Below the pieces are notes generated by a model. The model had not been told where the DNA came from and did not search any database. It saw nothing but the letters and a program-made list of their open reading frames with translations. The position numbers were made by a program, and so were the translations under genes. A stretch of DNA of 32,000 nt from Thermococci archaeon (GTDB lineage Archaea > Hadarchaeota > B88-G9), in assembly GCA_003660555.1 (NCBI GenBank), contig QMUK01000003.1:7992-39991 (forward strand), read 5' to 3'. Below, piece after piece: positions 9,916 to 20,555 of this stretch (its first letter is position 1; every line of letters begins with the position of its first letter).

Positions 9916-10600
9916 TCTCTTTCACCTCTTTATCAACATCGCTATTTTCAGTGGTGAGTGAGTCCTCAGATAGGAATCCCACTTCCTCAACTATTTTAGA
10001 TTCATCTATATCTAACACTTCGACCTCATCGGGCAACCTGATGTCAGGTGGCATTATCTTCACGGTCACACCTATTACGCCAGGTTTCAGCCTAGCCACT
10101 GCGAAACCACTTCTAACCAATACTTGTGCAGGTTCTCCAGCCTTCTTGAGATACCCGTCAGAGAACTTCACGTATCTGGCTCTCTCACCAGTTAGCTTAC
10201 CAGCTATTTTTATCTCAGCACCTCTTGCTCCAGCACCCATTATTCTCCTTAAGGCCGAGTATGCAGCTCTCCTGAAGTGAACTCCCCTTTCTAGCATCCT
10301 AGCTATTCTGTATGCCATTACTTCTGCATTTAATTCTGGGACTTCTATTTCCTTAACTTCTACTTGCGGATTGTCCAGACCGAATCTTCTCTCGAGTTCC
10401 CTAGTTATGTCTCTTATCTTTTTCCCCCTTCTCCCGATTACCAATCCAGGCCTCTCTGCATAGACTTTGACTCTAGTACCTAGAGGAGTCCTGTGTATCT
10501 CTAATCCACCAAATCCAGCCCTCTCTAGCTCCTTTCTTAGGAATTCCTCTATCTCCATGTTCCTAATTCCTTGCATAACGAATCTTCTCTCGGTATCCAT
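9872..10600 (-). CDS. rps3: 30S ribosomal protein S3 (uS3) with acidic C-terminal tail
   Basis: [51 protein letters not shown] (KH domain). Confidence 0.94.
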   Translation of the reverse strand: MDTERRFVMQGIRNMEIEEFLRKELERAGFGGLEIHRTPLGTRVKVYAERPGLVIGRRGKKIRDITRELERRFGLDNPQVEVKEIEVPELNAEVMAYRIARMLERGVHFRRAAYSALRRIMGAGARGAEIKIAGKLTGERARYVKFSDGYLKKAGEPAQVLVRSGFAVARLKPGVIGVTVKIMPPDIRLPDEVEVLDIDESKIVEEVGFLSEDSLTTENSDVDKEVKEIGDTESQGNQSHES

Positions 10601-10604
10601 GGAG

Positions 10605-11072
10605 TCATACCTCCTCTGCTATCACTTCTATGTGGGTCAAGGGAGTATTGAAGGGAGTAGCCCTTCCGAATGCTCGTGGGATTATCCCTCTTATAACTGG
10701 ACCTCTGTGGGCCGAAATGTGTATTATTTTCAATCTATCTGTATCAAGTCCTTTATAGTCGGCATTGGCCTCTAAGTTCTCTAAAACCTTGAGTATTTCC
10801 TTAGCTGCTTTCACTGGATATCTTCCTGCGAACCAACCCTCTAATCCCCTTCTGTGCCCCACTTTCTTCTTGTGTCTCTTAAATGGAACAGGCCTCTTCA
10901 TTGAAATAACGTCCTCTAGGAACGCCTTAGCTTTACTCAGACTCATTCCTCTTATTACATTGCATATTTCCCTAGCGTGTTTTGGTGAAATTCTTAGATC
11001 ATTTGCCCTAGCCTTAGCAATTTTCCTTTTAGACAATTTTTCTTCAGGAATTGAATACCCGAAGTGAGGCAT
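10605..11072 (-). CDS. rpl22: 50S ribosomal protein L22 (uL22)
   Basis: [55 protein letters not shown]. Confidence 0.93.
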   Translation of the reverse strand: MPHFGYSIPEEKLSKRKIAKARANDLRISPKHAREICNVIRGMSLSKAKAFLEDVISMKRPVPFKRHKKKVGHRRGLEGWFAGRYPVKAAKEILKVLENLEANADYKGLDTDRLKIIHISAHRGPVIRGIIPRAFGRATPFNTPLTHIEVIAEEV

Positions 11073-11087
11073 TTTCTCCCCTCTCTG

Positions 11088-11495
11088 TTACTTGATTGGA
11101 ACGTACATGCTAGACCTAGTCGCTCCTATTCCAGGGTCTCCGTGTTCGACCTTCTTCCTAGTCGGGGAGAACTCTCCTAGGTAGTGTCCTATCATCTCTG
11201 GCTTTATCTCCACTAGATGAAACTCCTTTCCATTATGGACAGCAAAGGTAAGTCCAACCATTTCTGGAAGAATAATCAAATCTCTACAGTGGGTTCTTAT
11301 TATCACTTTTTTTCCACTTTCTCGCATCTTTCTCGCTTTTTTCACCTTTTCTAGTACTTTCTTGTGACTCTCTGGCAACCCTCTTTTCAGAGACCTCCTC
11401 TGTCTAGAAGGTAGGAGGTTTATGAACTCATCCATAGGCATCTTCTTCAATTCCTCTAAAGTATATCCTCTATACCTGAATTCCTTCCTTGTCAT
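11088..11495 (-). CDS. rps19: 30S ribosomal protein S19 (uS19)
   Basis: [62 protein letters not shown]. Confidence 0.94.
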   Translation of the reverse strand: MTRKEFRYRGYTLEELKKMPMDEFINLLPSRQRRSLKRGLPESHKKVLEKVKKARKMRESGKKVIIRTHCRDLIILPEMVGLTFAVHNGKEFHLVEIKPEMIGHYLGEFSPTRKKVEHGDPGIGATRSSMYVPIK

Positions 11496-11500
11496 TCACC

Positions 11501-12229
11501 TCACCTCTTCCTCCTACCGGTCCTTCTAGCAGCAATGTGTCCGACCTTTCTTCCCGGGGGCGTACCTCTGGAGACGGTAGTGGGCTTCCCTGGGCTATCG
11601 TGGTGTCCTCCGCCGTGCGGGTGATTCACTGCGTTCATGGCCACTCCCCTCACTATAGGATATCTCTTACCCCTAGCCTTCATAGCATGGTATTTCTTCC
11701 CAGCCTTGACGAATGGCTTCTCTTTTCTCCCCCCACCTGCCACTATACCTACGGTAGCTCTACACTTCGAATCGAATTCTCTCATCTTTCCAGAGGGTAG
11801 TTGGACTATGGTCTTTCCGTTTTCGTGCCCTATTATTACTGCGTAAGTTCCGGCAGCTCTCACTAACTTACCTCCATCTCCAGGAGTCACCTCTATGTTG
11901 TATACTGGAGTCCCCTCGGGTATTTCTCCAAGTGGGAGGACATTCCCCAATGATATTTTTGATCCTGGACCGAATTCTACTTCTTGTCCAACCAACATTC
12001 CCTCCGGAGCAATTACTAGTCTTTTACTTCCGTCTTCTAACTTAAGGACTGCCAAGGGAGAGGTCCTCCCAGAGTCGTGTATTAAGTCTATCACTACGCC
12101 TTTGCCCCTGCTACCACCCAGAGGATAGGGATGCCTAACGGCCCCTTTGAATCTGTGACTCGGAGACCTATAGGTGGGAGAGCCCCTTCCCCTTCTTTGT
12201 GACTTAATTCTCTTACCCAAACTCATCAC
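11501..12229 (-). CDS. rpl2: 50S ribosomal protein L2 (uL2)
   Basis: ..[50 protein letters not shown]. Start is GTG 12229 or ATG 12226. Confidence 0.95.
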   Translation of the reverse strand: MMSLGKRIKSQRRGRGSPTYRSPSHRFKGAVRHPYPLGGSRGKGVVIDLIHDSGRTSPLAVLKLEDGSKRLVIAPEGMLVGQEVEFGPGSKISLGNVLPLGEIPEGTPVYNIEVTPGDGGKLVRAAGTYAVIIGHENGKTIVQLPSGKMREFDSKCRATVGIVAGGGRKEKPFVKAGKKYHAMKARGKRYPIVRGVAMNAVNHPHGGGHHDSPGKPTTVSRGTPPGRKVGHIAARRTGRRKR

Positions 12230-12232
12230 CCG

Positions 12233-12493
12233 CTATAAAACACCTATTCTACTCGCAATTTCCGAAGCGGAATATTCTGGACTTAACTTGACGTATGCCT
12301 TTTTCTTTCCCTTAGGAGTATTGACGACATTCACTTTAGTCACCTTCACCCCATAGAGCTCCTCCACAGCCCACTTTATTTTGTGTTTGTTTGCATCTCT
12401 GGACACAATGAATGTGAGCTTGTTCTCACTCTCCATGAGTCTTATGCTTTTTTCGCTTACTAAGGGATGAAGTATCACCTCTCTGGGATCCAT
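12233..12493 (-). CDS. rpl23: 50S ribosomal protein L23 (uL23)
   Basis: [50 protein letters not shown]. Confidence 0.93.
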   Translation of the reverse strand: MDPREVILHPLVSEKSIRLMESENKLTFIVSRDANKHKIKWAVEELYGVKVTKVNVVNTPKGKKKAYVKLSPEYSASEIASRIGVL

Positions 12494-13273
12494 TCAATCA
12501 CCCAATCTCTCTTTTAGCGACTCTATCGCTGCAGGAGTCCAGAGAGTCAGTCTACCTGGGTGCCCTCCAGGGGCTAGGTGCTCAACTCCCAATTCCGTAG
12601 CGGAGACGACGTCAACACCAGGTAGGTTCCTCGCTGCTAGGAAGAACCTCCCGGGACTTCCAAGTACGACTAACGGTCCCTTAGCCTTTTTATACTTTCT
12701 CCCCCTCGTCTTCCCCTTCCCAGCCCTGATTTTCCTCCTCTTTTTAGCTCTCAGCACATCATCCATGACACCTATCTTGGAAAAGACATTTACAACATCT
12801 CTGGTTCTCTTCACCTCGGATATAGAGTCGTCGCATATTATTGGTAGATTCACTTCGCCTAGTACATGTCCTCTTGATTTAACCCATTCCTTACTAGCTG
12901 TAGCAGATATTGCTGATCTGATTGCCAATTTCTTCTCTTTCCTATTTATCTTTTCCCATATTCTCTTCTGGGGTTTCGGTGGATGTGCTCTTCTACCTCC
13001 ATAGGTCCCTGGGGCAAGTGCCCCCCTACCGGCTGCGTGATATCTGGATCCCTTTATTCTCGGAACTCTTGAGACCCCATGCCTTGGACCCCAAGATTCG
13101 GCCGTAGTCCTTTTCCCTGCTAGCACGTTAGTTCCCCATGGTTGTATTCTAGCGCTCAGAGAAGATAGAAAGGCTCTCCTTATTAGATCTGGTCTTATCT
13201 CCTCCTCAAAGAACGATGGCAGCTCTATTTCACCGAGTTCCTCCCCATCTATTGAGATCACTTTCCCAATCAT
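12494..13273 (-). CDS. rpl4: 50S ribosomal protein L4 (uL4)
   Basis: 259 aa; ..SWGPRHGVSRVPRIKGS..GRRAHPPKPQK..RAGKGKTRGRKYK..; its stop directly abuts the rpl23 ATG. Confidence 0.94.
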   Translation of the reverse strand: MIGKVISIDGEELGEIELPSFFEEEIRPDLIRRAFLSSLSARIQPWGTNVLAGKRTTAESWGPRHGVSRVPRIKGSRYHAAGRGALAPGTYGGRRAHPPKPQKRIWEKINRKEKKLAIRSAISATASKEWVKSRGHVLGEVNLPIICDDSISEVKRTRDVVNVFSKIGVMDDVLRAKKRRKIRAGKGKTRGRKYKKAKGPLVVLGSPGRFFLAARNLPGVDVVSATELGVEHLAPGGHPGRLTLWTPAAIESLKERLGD

Positions 13274-14286
13274 TTAGCTCCAACTCCGTGTATGTATTTT
13301 ATCTCTGGACTGCCTACTGGAGCTCCCTTAGGTGGCCTTATGGCAGGCCTCATTCTAATTAATCTCTTAATTGGACCCGGAACACTGCCTTCTATTAGTA
13401 GAAAGTCGTTTCTTACGACACCGTAATGGGGGAATCCGCCTTTCGGGTTTATGTCAATCCATTTTTCTTCGTCTTCAGACTTGTAGAACATCCCCATAAT
13501 TCTCTTGTTGTACTCCGTTCTCTGATGATAACCCATTTGCCCTGCCTGAGGAACTGTCCACATGGTCCTGGCTGGATGCCAGGGTCCTAGGTTGCCTACA
13601 TGCCTCCTCTTGTCTCCTGCTTTTCTGGGCTGTATTTTTATTCCCCATCTCTTAACAGGCCCTTGGAATCCCTTCCCTTTTGTTACTGCTAACACGTCGA
13701 CGAATTCCCCATTGCTAAACACGTCATTTACTCTTATTTCCTTACCCAGACGCTCTTCCGCTATTTCCATTCCCTTTCTCAAATCGCCTATACCTATTTC
13801 CATGACCTCAGGCCTCTTCTTCGGGAGAGTAGTAAGCCTAGGCTGTGTGTGCACCAAAGCTCTTAATTCAAATGACTTGCCATCGTCTGAGACCATCTCT
13901 TTTATCTCATCTATGTCTTTATTTCTAGCCCTAGTCTTTGGCAATGTTTTTATTTTTCTCTTTAGATCTCTGTGAAGCTCTTCTGCCCAAGTCTCCGTTA
14001 CACATCTCAACCCATATTTAGTCTTCTCATAGAGCCTTAATCCAAACATAACTATTGGAGGAGTCTCTATTATAGTGACAGGGCTGAATATTTCCTTTCC
14101 ATAATCATAGCTCCCTTCCCAATCGTCAACATATATCAGGTGGGTCATACCAACCTTATATCCGGCGAATCCCAATAGTCCATCCTTCGATTTAGCCCAA
14201 GTCCTAATCCTCGCTACTTGGCTTGATGCCCTCTTTCTCGGGCTGAACGCCAGCGACCCTCTCCTAGGTTTGTTCCACTTAGACAT
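13270..14286 (-). CDS. rpl3: 50S ribosomal protein L3 (uL3)
   Basis: 338 aa; KPRRGSLAFSPRKRA..GYKVGMTH..TKGKGFQGPVKRWG..GQMGYHQRTEYNKRI. Confidence 0.95.
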   Translation of the reverse strand: MSKWNKPRRGSLAFSPRKRASSQVARIRTWAKSKDGLLGFAGYKVGMTHLIYVDDWEGSYDYGKEIFSPVTIIETPPIVMFGLRLYEKTKYGLRCVTETWAEELHRDLKRKIKTLPKTRARNKDIDEIKEMVSDDGKSFELRALVHTQPRLTTLPKKRPEVMEIGIGDLRKGMEIAEERLGKEIRVNDVFSNGEFVDVLAVTKGKGFQGPVKRWGIKIQPRKAGDKRRHVGNLGPWHPARTMWTVPQAGQMGYHQRTEYNKRIMGMFYKSEDEEKWIDINPKGGFPHYGVVRNDFLLIEGSVPGPIKRLIRMRPAIRPPKGAPVGSPEIKYIHGVGAK

Positions 14287-15100
14287 TTCTCCCCCTCCTG
14301 ATGTAATTGAGTATTGAGAGGCAGACGATTACTGCCTCCTCAGTCCTTATTGTCTCAACGCCTTGGTTAGGGACGAAGTTAAGCGTTAGGTCCAGCGCTT
14401 CCTCCAGTTCGAAACCCTCCCTATTTAAAATTTGCATCAACCCCTCTCTTGGTGATCCGAACACTAATGCAATAGACTCGGCGGATGAGATTAATTCCCT
14501 CTCTTTTTCGCCAATATGCCTCCCAAATTTAGAGGTTCCAACGAGAAAGTCATATCCTTTCGCTCTTATTTTTTTTATCGTAGTCCATAGGCCAGAATTC
14601 GTGGAAATCACTCTATATCCCCAATATTTACCATTGACACTAGTTGGAGTGACTTCGGGGGGATCAGACAATCTCTCTATTTTGAACGTCATTCTCTTTC
14701 TGACAGGAAGTGGAATGGGGCACCAAGCGAGTCTCTGCAAACCTATGTCTATCATAGAACCTCTCCTTGTAGACCTAACTACAAAACCATCCCTTATTTC
14801 TCCTTCCACTGGGGCAGATGTTGGATGATGCGGGGTTCTCAATGGAGGCAAGGAACCTACTTCCTCTAATGACTCATCAATCGGGAAAAGGTACTTCCTT
14901 AAGTATTGTGGTGTCTCCATGTACTCAAGGATTTTTCTAAGAAACTCCCCTTCTCTCCTTTTTCTTTCACGATCTAAGTATATGAACACGTCCTTTACAC
15001 GGAAGATAGCGCATGCCCTTCCAATTAGCCCAGCTCTTTGAGTCGAAACCCTCTTATTTCCCAAGTCGACGACTGAGGAAGGTATGGCTATGGAAATCAA
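14279..15100 (-). CDS. SPOUT-superfamily putative RNA methyltransferase (DUF171/COG2106, MTH1/C9orf114-like)
   Basis: 273 aa; (M)[10 protein letters not shown]...[20 protein letters not shown]...[10 protein letters not shown]...[13 protein letters not shown]. The position immediately upstream of rpl3 is conserved in archaea. TTG start overlaps the rtcB TGA (TTGA). Confidence 0.7.
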   Translation of the reverse strand: MISIAIPSSVVDLGNKRVSTQRAGLIGRACAIFRVKDVFIYLDRERKRREGEFLRKILEYMETPQYLRKYLFPIDESLEEVGSLPPLRTPHHPTSAPVEGEIRDGFVVRSTRRGSMIDIGLQRLAWCPIPLPVRKRMTFKIERLSDPPEVTPTSVNGKYWGYRVISTNSGLWTTIKKIRAKGYDFLVGTSKFGRHIGEKERELISSAESIALVFGSPREGLMQILNREGFELEEALDLTLNFVPNQGVETIRTEEAVIVCLSILNYIRRGRNV

Positions 15101-16539
15101 CCCTTAGCCACACCCAGAGGAGTCATCCTAGCCACTTTCCTCGAGATACCGGCTAGGTCAACCGATCGGACGACCTCATCTACATCTTTATATGCATCAG
15201 GCACCTCTTCCGCCAATACTACCGGGCTTGCAGCTCTTATTACTTCCCCCTTGCTTTCTAAGAAACTCTTAACTTGCTGACCTCTGTACATTCTCTTCGC
15301 TCTAGCTCTAGAGAGAACCCTACCTGCACCGTGGCAAGTGGATCCAAATGTTTCCTCCATGGCCTTCTTGGTACCGACCAACACATAAGAGGCAGTCCCC
15401 ATGTCCCCTGGAATTAGGACAGGCTGCCCAATCTCCCGATACTCCTTCGGTATGTGCTTGGATCCTGGAGGAAAAGATCTAGTAGCCCCTTTCCTGTGAA
15501 CACAGACTTCCATCTTCTCTCCATTCACTTTATGTTCCTCGAACTTTGCTATGTTATGGGCCACGTCATACACTAATTTCAGTCCCAACTCATCTTCGTC
15601 AGCCCTGAAGACGGATTGAAAGCTCTCTCTCACCCAGTGAGTTATTACTTGCCTGTTACAGAAGGCGTAGTTTACAGCAGAATACATGGCAGCTATGTAA
15701 TCCTCAGCTTCTTTAGACCCCAATGGAGCAGAAACTAGCTGTTCATCAGGCAATTTTATTCCGTATTTTCTCACAGCACTTCTCAGCACGTTTATGTAAT
15801 CGTCACATATTTGATGCCCAAATCCTCTGGATCCAGTGTGTATCATCACCAGTATTTGACCTTCTTCTAATATACCCATCTTAGATGCCGTGTTGGGATC
15901 GAATATTTTGTCTACCCTCTGAACCTCCAAGAAATGATTTCCCGAGCCTAAGGTACCCAACTGAGGTCTACCCCTCTCCTTGGCCCTCCTACTGACCTTG
16001 GACGGATCAGCTCCATCCATCATACCTTTCTCTTCTATGTGTTCTAGGTCTTCCTCTCTACCGAATCCCCTCTCCACCGCCCAAGTAGCTCCGTTTATAG
16101 CGACGTCATCTAACTCACTTTCGCTTATTCTCAATTTACCTCTGCTCCCAACACCGGAGGGAATATTCCTGAATAGAGTATCTACTAGTTCCTTGAGTTT
16201 GGGTTTAACGTCCTCTTCCCTAAGTGTGGTAGTCATTAGTCTTACTCCACAGTTTATGTCGTAGCCTACGCCACCTGGGCTTATCACACCATCTTCCAGA
16301 CTGAAAGCGGCAACTCCACCAATTGGAAATCCGTATCCGAAGTGTGCATCTGGGAGCATTATCGAATACTTCTGAATTCCAGGGAGACATGCTACGTTTG
16401 CTCCTTGGGTGAAAGCCCCCTTCTCTATCTTGTTGATTATCTCGTTCGTGGCGTAAACTCTAAGTGGAACTCTCATACAGCTTTTATATCCCTTCGGGAT
16501 TTCCCAAATCGCTCTACCTATCTCCTTGGCATTTATCAT
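15097..16539 (-). CDS. rtcB: RNA-splicing ligase RtcB (tRNA 3'-phosphate ligase)
   Basis: 480 aa; ..[65 protein letters not shown] are canonical RtcB metal/GMP-site motifs. There is no intein-sized insertion. AAGGAGGTG SD. Confidence 0.95.
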   Translation of the reverse strand: MINAKEIGRAIWEIPKGYKSCMRVPLRVYATNEIINKIEKGAFTQGANVACLPGIQKYSIMLPDAHFGYGFPIGGVAAFSLEDGVISPGGVGYDINCGVRLMTTTLREEDVKPKLKELVDTLFRNIPSGVGSRGKLRISESELDDVAINGATWAVERGFGREEDLEHIEEKGMMDGADPSKVSRRAKERGRPQLGTLGSGNHFLEVQRVDKIFDPNTASKMGILEEGQILVMIHTGSRGFGHQICDDYINVLRSAVRKYGIKLPDEQLVSAPLGSKEAEDYIAAMYSAVNYAFCNRQVITHWVRESFQSVFRADEDELGLKLVYDVAHNIAKFEEHKVNGEKMEVCVHRKGATRSFPPGSKHIPKEYREIGQPVLIPGDMGTASYVLVGTKKAMEETFGSTCHGAGRVLSRARAKRMYRGQQVKSFLESKGEVIRAASPVVLAEEVPDAYKDVDEVVRSVDLAGISRKVARMTPLGVAKG

Positions 16540-16553
16540 CAGGAGACACCTCC

Positions 16554-16973
16554 TTAGATATCCAACAACACTTTGGTTTCATACCCCCCATTCACAGACT
16601 CAATTTCCATCATGTGATACGTGACTGCTTTCACCTCTGTCTTAAACTGATGTTTTTCTGGATTTATTTTTTCTCCCCAGACTTTACCTTTTAACAAGTA
16701 TTTCTCCCCGTCTTTTATTACCTTTACCGCGAACTTGGAGAACACCATTTCCTGGGTCTCCACCAAAAAGAGGAGTTCTGAAAGCCAATTGTGAAGCAGT
16801 TCTTTTAGGTCTGACCCTTTGAGTTCCACTTCCACGGAGTTTTTCACCTCTACTTTATCTAGGTCTACCATCACCGAGATCATTGCTTCAGCAGCCTTCT
16901 CAAATAGTTCTTCTATTGTACTTCCCCTCACTCTGTAAAGAACGTCTGCCGTATGATCCAAGAACTCATACAT
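16554..16973 (-). CDS. archease (RtcB activator)
   Basis: 139 aa; [31 protein letters not shown]...[10 protein letters not shown] is the archease signature (FxxHTAD ... KAxTYH). Adjacent to rtcB. Confidence 0.9.
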   Translation of the reverse strand: MYEFLDHTADVLYRVRGSTIEELFEKAAEAMISVMVDLDKVEVKNSVEVELKGSDLKELLHNWLSELLFLVETQEMVFSKFAVKVIKDGEKYLLKGKVWGEKINPEKHQFKTEVKAVTYHMMEIESVNGGYETKVLLDI

Positions 16974-16987
16974 CCAAAAACCCTCCT

Positions 16988-17073
16988 TGGCGCCGGGGCA
17001 GGGATTTGAACCCTGGTGGCCAAGAAGGCCACGGGCTCTCCAGGCCCGCGCATTACCGCTCTGCCACCCCGGC
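16988..17073 (-). tRNA. tRNA-Ser (anticodon GGA), long variable arm, CCA encoded
   Basis: Hand-folded: GCCGGGG-TG-GCA-GAGCGGTAA-TGC-G-CGGGC-CTGGAGA-GCCCG-TGGCCTTCTTGGCCAC-CAGGG-TTCAAAT-CCCTG-CCCCGGC-G-CCA. Confidence 0.93.
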
Positions 17074-17097
17074 TCACATCTTGTGGAGAGACCCTAG

Positions 17098-17104
17098 TAT
17101 AAAA
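17098..17104 (-). promoter_or_regulatory. TATA box (TTTTATA) for tRNA-Ser
   Basis: On the minus strand, cTCTTTTATACTAGGG is centred about 28 nt upstream of tRNA-Ser position 1. This is classical archaeal promoter spacing. Confidence 0.6.
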
Positions 17105-17117
17105 GAGTGACCCTAAA

Positions 17118-17429
17118 TTACTTTTCTCTTATTTCTATCTCTATTCTGACATCACCTGGGATGGTAACTCTCATTATCTGTCTCATAGCTCTTTCATCAG
17201 CTGCTATATCAATGACCCTCTTGTGGACCCTCATTTCCCACTTCTCCCAAGTCTCGCTCCCCTCTCCATCTGGAGATTTCCTCACCGGCACTACGATCCT
17301 CTTAGTTGGGAGAGGGATCGGTCCAGATACATCTACTCCTACTTTCTCTGCAATTTTCTTGATGTCATTGCACACTTGCTCTAAACTTTTTACATCAGTG
17401 CTACTCAGTCTTATCCTAGCTATTTGCAT
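17118..17429 (-). CDS. rps10: 30S ribosomal protein S10 (uS10)
   Basis: [43 protein letters not shown]... I prefer ATG 17429 (AGGTG 6 nt upstream) over the ORF-track GTG 17438. Confidence 0.93.
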   Translation of the reverse strand: MQIARIRLSSTDVKSLEQVCNDIKKIAEKVGVDVSGPIPLPTKRIVVPVRKSPDGEGSETWEKWEMRVHKRVIDIAADERAMRQIMRVTIPGDVRIEIEIREK

Positions 17430-17473
17430 CCGTAGCACCTAAGGCTTTTACTTTAACACACAAAATTATTGAG

Positions 17474-18760
17474 CTAGGCAGGAGTAATGTCTATACAGAC
17501 TCCTGCCGCTATGGTTCTCCCCATGTCTCTTATGGCGAATCTACTCATTGGAGGTATGTCACTGGCTTTTTCTATTACCATAGGTCTAGTAGGTATTACT
17601 TTCACGACAGCAGCGTCTCCTGTCTTGAGGTGTTTTGGGTTCTCCTCGACTACTGCACCAGTCCTAGGATCCAGCTTCTGAAGCAGTTCTGAGAACGTAC
17701 AGGCAACTTGGGCTGTGTGTGCATGGAATACCGGGGTATATCCAGCAGTTATTGCTGTAGGGTGATAGAGAACTATTATCCTAGCAGTAAACTCCTTAGC
17801 TACAGTGGGAGGATTGTCTGGATGACCAGCCACGTCCCCTCTCCTAACGTCCTTCTTTCCAACACCTCTGACATTGAAGCCTATGTTGTCTCCTGGTTCT
17901 GCTTTATCCATTCTCTCGTGGTGCATTTCTATGCTCTTTACTTCACCTTGAATCGATCTGTTCAACCTGTGGCTGGCTGGCTCGAAAACTACGGTATCGC
18001 CGACCTTCAGTACCCCGGTTTCTACTCTACCAACGGGAACTGTTCCTACACCGGTTATTGAGTAAACGTCTTGTATGGGTATTCTGAGAGGCTTGTCTAT
18101 GGGTTTCTCCGGAAGCTTGAATGTGTCTATAGCTTCTACTACAGTAGGTCCATTCCACCACGGCATTTTATCGCTCTTTTTAGTCACATTGTCTCCATAG
18201 AAAGCAGAGGCAGGTATATACAAGAACTTGTCTGCATCTCTGTATCCCATTGTTTTAAGCAGCTTGACTAAGTCGTTTTTCAATTCTTCGTAATCTTCCT
18301 CCTTATAGTCAACTAGGTCCATTTTGTTTATGACTACGATCATCTGTCCAATTCCTAGGGTAAAACAGAGGGCTGCGTGCTCTCTAGTTTGCGGCATTAT
18401 TCCGTCTTTGGCATCCACTACTAGTATAGCTGCATCTGCTTGGGAGGCACCAGTTATCATGTTCTTAACGAAGTCTCTGTGCCCTGGGGCATCTATTATT
18501 GTTATGTAGTACTTCGAAGTCTCGAATTTCCTGTGAGCTACGTCTATGGTTAGACCCCTCTCTCTTTCCTCTTTTAGCTGATCCATTACCCAAGCGAACT
18601 TAAAACTCTCCTTCCCCACTTTCTTTGCTTCCTCCTCCAATCTCTTTATTACCTGCTCATCTATGGCCCCTGTTTCATACAGGAGCCTACCCACTAGGGT
18701 CGATTTCCCGTGGTCCACGTGTCCAACAAATACAACATTCAAATGTGGTTTCTCAGCCAT
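17474..18760 (-). CDS. tuf: translation elongation factor EF-1alpha (aEF1A)
   Basis: 428 aa; [21 protein letters not shown] GTPase motifs. It has the short [10 protein letters not shown] segment (no 11-aa insertion). Confidence 0.97.
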   Translation of the reverse strand: MAEKPHLNVVFVGHVDHGKSTLVGRLLYETGAIDEQVIKRLEEEAKKVGKESFKFAWVMDQLKEERERGLTIDVAHRKFETSKYYITIIDAPGHRDFVKNMITGASQADAAILVVDAKDGIMPQTREHAALCFTLGIGQMIVVINKMDLVDYKEEDYEELKNDLVKLLKTMGYRDADKFLYIPASAFYGDNVTKKSDKMPWWNGPTVVEAIDTFKLPEKPIDKPLRIPIQDVYSITGVGTVPVGRVETGVLKVGDTVVFEPASHRLNRSIQGEVKSIEMHHERMDKAEPGDNIGFNVRGVGKKDVRRGDVAGHPDNPPTVAKEFTARIIVLYHPTAITAGYTPVFHAHTAQVACTFSELLQKLDPRTGAVVEENPKHLKTGDAAVVKVIPTRPMVIEKASDIPPMSRFAIRDMGRTIAAGVCIDITPA

Positions 18761-18771
18761 CTAAATCCCCC

Positions 18772-19371
18772 CTAACGAGCTGATCTAGCGATTCTTTCAA
18801 TTTCTTCTTTTCTACTTATCGCATGGCTTTTCATATCATATTTAGATGCGAGTATTATTTCCTCCGCTAGACATTCCTCTATTGGTGCTGGATTTCTAAA
18901 TGATCTTCCAAAGGCACCTAAGGCTATATTTCTCAAGGCTAAATCTACTCTCCTTTGCGGAGAACAATCTACGGCTATCGGATATGTTATACCACCGAAG
19001 GTAACTCTAGTTATCTCTTCCCTCGGAGCGGCGTTCTCTATGGCACGTACTAGCACCTGCACCGGATTCTCCCCCGTCTTCTTCTCTATTATTTCGAACG
19101 CCCTTTCTACTATTTTCATAGCCTTTATCTTCTTTCCACAGGCTTTTCTACCCCTTATGAACTTGCCCATTATCTTTCTGGTTCCAGGCCCAGACCTCAT
19201 TACTTTGTTGACCAGCCTCTCGACTACAGACATCTTCGACTTCCAAAACTGTTTCTTAGTATGTCTTCCGGATGAGTGAGGGACATAGACCGGCCTAAGG
19301 TTTATGTATCTCTCTAGCCCTGGATCGCTAACTCTAACTTCACTTAGATCCCATTTTCCGAAGAGCTTCAT
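18772..19371 (-). CDS. rps7: 30S ribosomal protein S7 (uS7)
   Basis: MKLFGKWDLSEVRVSDPGLERYINL... is the typical archaeal uS7 N-terminus. ATG 19371 lies 8 nt after the rps12 stop. The longer ORF-track start (19455) would overlap rps12 by 76 nt. Confidence 0.92.
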   Translation of the reverse strand: MKLFGKWDLSEVRVSDPGLERYINLRPVYVPHSSGRHTKKQFWKSKMSVVERLVNKVMRSGPGTRKIMGKFIRGRKACGKKIKAMKIVERAFEIIEKKTGENPVQVLVRAIENAAPREEITRVTFGGITYPIAVDCSPQRRVDLALRNIALGAFGRSFRNPAPIEECLAEEIILASKYDMKSHAISRKEEIERIARSAR

Positions 19372-19379
19372 GACAGAGT

Positions 19380-19817
19380 TCACCTCATAGGCTTCTGAGC
19401 TCTTCCCTCTACTATCTCCTCTAGGGAGACACCGTTCACTTTGACCACTTTCCATCTAACTCCAGGTATGTCACCCATTGATCTACCCTTGGCCCCACCT
19501 ATTCCCTCTACGATCACTTCATCGTGTTCATCTATGTAGTTTATTGCACCATCTCCGGGGCAGAATGCGGTTATCTGTCTGCCGTTCTTTATCAATTGTA
19601 CTCTGACACATTTTCTGAGACCAGAATTCGGTTGCTTTGCCTCTAGTGCGACCTTCTCTAGTACTATCCCTCTGGCCTGTGGGGCACCCTCTAGTGGGTC
19701 GTACTTCTCCTTTAGTCTAAGCACTCTCCTTTTGTACTTTTTATCCTTCCACCTGAATCTCTTCCTATCCCTCATGAGTTTCCTAGCAGCCATTTCTCCT
19801 CTCGCCACTTTCGGCAC
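19380..19817 (-). CDS. rps12: 30S ribosomal protein S12 (uS12)
   Basis: ..[71 protein letters not shown].. Start is GTG at 19817, or GTG 9 nt further in. Confidence 0.95.
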   Translation of the reverse strand: MPKVARGEMAARKLMRDRKRFRWKDKKYKRRVLRLKEKYDPLEGAPQARGIVLEKVALEAKQPNSGLRKCVRVQLIKNGRQITAFCPGDGAINYIDEHDEVIVEGIGGAKGRSMGDIPGVRWKVVKVNGVSLEEIVEGRAQKPMR

Positions 19818-19818
19818 C

Positions 19819-20250
19819 TCATAGTATCAATATATCATCTATTTCGTGATGCCTCTTAACTAGAGCTTTTGCCCTCTCTATGTTTTTCCCACCTTTCCCT
19901 ATGGCTCTTCCCTTATCCCTTTCGGACACCTCTACTAGGGCCACCTTCCTCCCGTCCTTCCTGTCAGATATATGAACCTTTTTGATCTTGGCAGGTTGGA
20001 AGACGTTTACTATGAACTGTTCCGGATCGTCCGAGTATTCGATTATGTCGACTGGTTTGCCTATTAGCTCTCTTAACCTCCTTATTTTACTCCCGCCTCT
20101 GCCGATAGCTTTCCCTATCTCTCCCTTGCTTACCACAAAGGTAACCCTATTATCTTCCTTGTTCACCACACAGTCTTTGACAGCAGCGCCTGTTATGCTC
20201 TCGAATATAGCGATGTATCTTATTTGATCAGTGTCGAATTTTATTCTCAA
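19819..20250 (-). CDS. nusA: archaeal NusA-like transcription termination factor (two KH domains)
   Basis: 143 aa; ..[45 protein letters not shown] (GxxG KH motifs). TTG start in a TTGA overlap with rpl30e, GAGGTGGA SD. Confidence 0.9.
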   Translation of the reverse strand: MRIKFDTDQIRYIAIFESITGAAVKDCVVNKEDNRVTFVVSKGEIGKAIGRGGSKIRRLRELIGKPVDIIEYSDDPEQFIVNVFQPAKIKKVHISDRKDGRKVALVEVSERDKGRAIGKGGKNIERAKALVKRHHEIDDILIL

Positions 20251-20555
20251 CCCATTTCCACCTCTTCTTCTAGTATCTTAGACTCCCCAGGATTTACTAT
20301 TCCTAGTACAGAGACAGCAAAGGGTTTACCACAGGCAGCCCCTAATCTGTGGTTATCCCCGTTGAATTCACGGAACTTCGCTCCTGAAATGGAGCAGTAG
20401 TGTCTTATGTCTTCTTTGACTTCATTCGGACAATTATTTGACACAATTACCATCTTTATTTTCCCATTTTTCAGACCTTTAATAGTTCTTTCACTCCCAA
20501 GGATCACCTCACCAGTTTCCACAGCTTTTCTAATTAGAGATGCAACGTCAACCAT
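20247..20555 (-). CDS. rpl30e: 50S ribosomal protein L30e
   Basis: [37 protein letters not shown]..; L7Ae/L30e fold. Position between rpoA'' and nusA is canonical. Confidence 0.9.
   Translation of the reverse strand: MVDVASLIRKAVETGEVILGSERTIKGLKNGKIKMVIVSNNCPNEVKEDIRHYCSISGAKFREFNGDNHRLGAACGKPFAVSVLGIVNPGESKILEEEVEMG

Noticed and set aside
17439-17473. The EF-1alpha/S10 spacer (AATAATTTTGTGTGTTAAAGTAAAAGCC) as an internal promoter or terminator
   Set aside because: The A/T-rich words are less than 25 nt from the S10 ATG and overlap its AGGTG SD region. The T-runs are at most 4 nt. The evidence is too weak to call either a promoter or a terminator.
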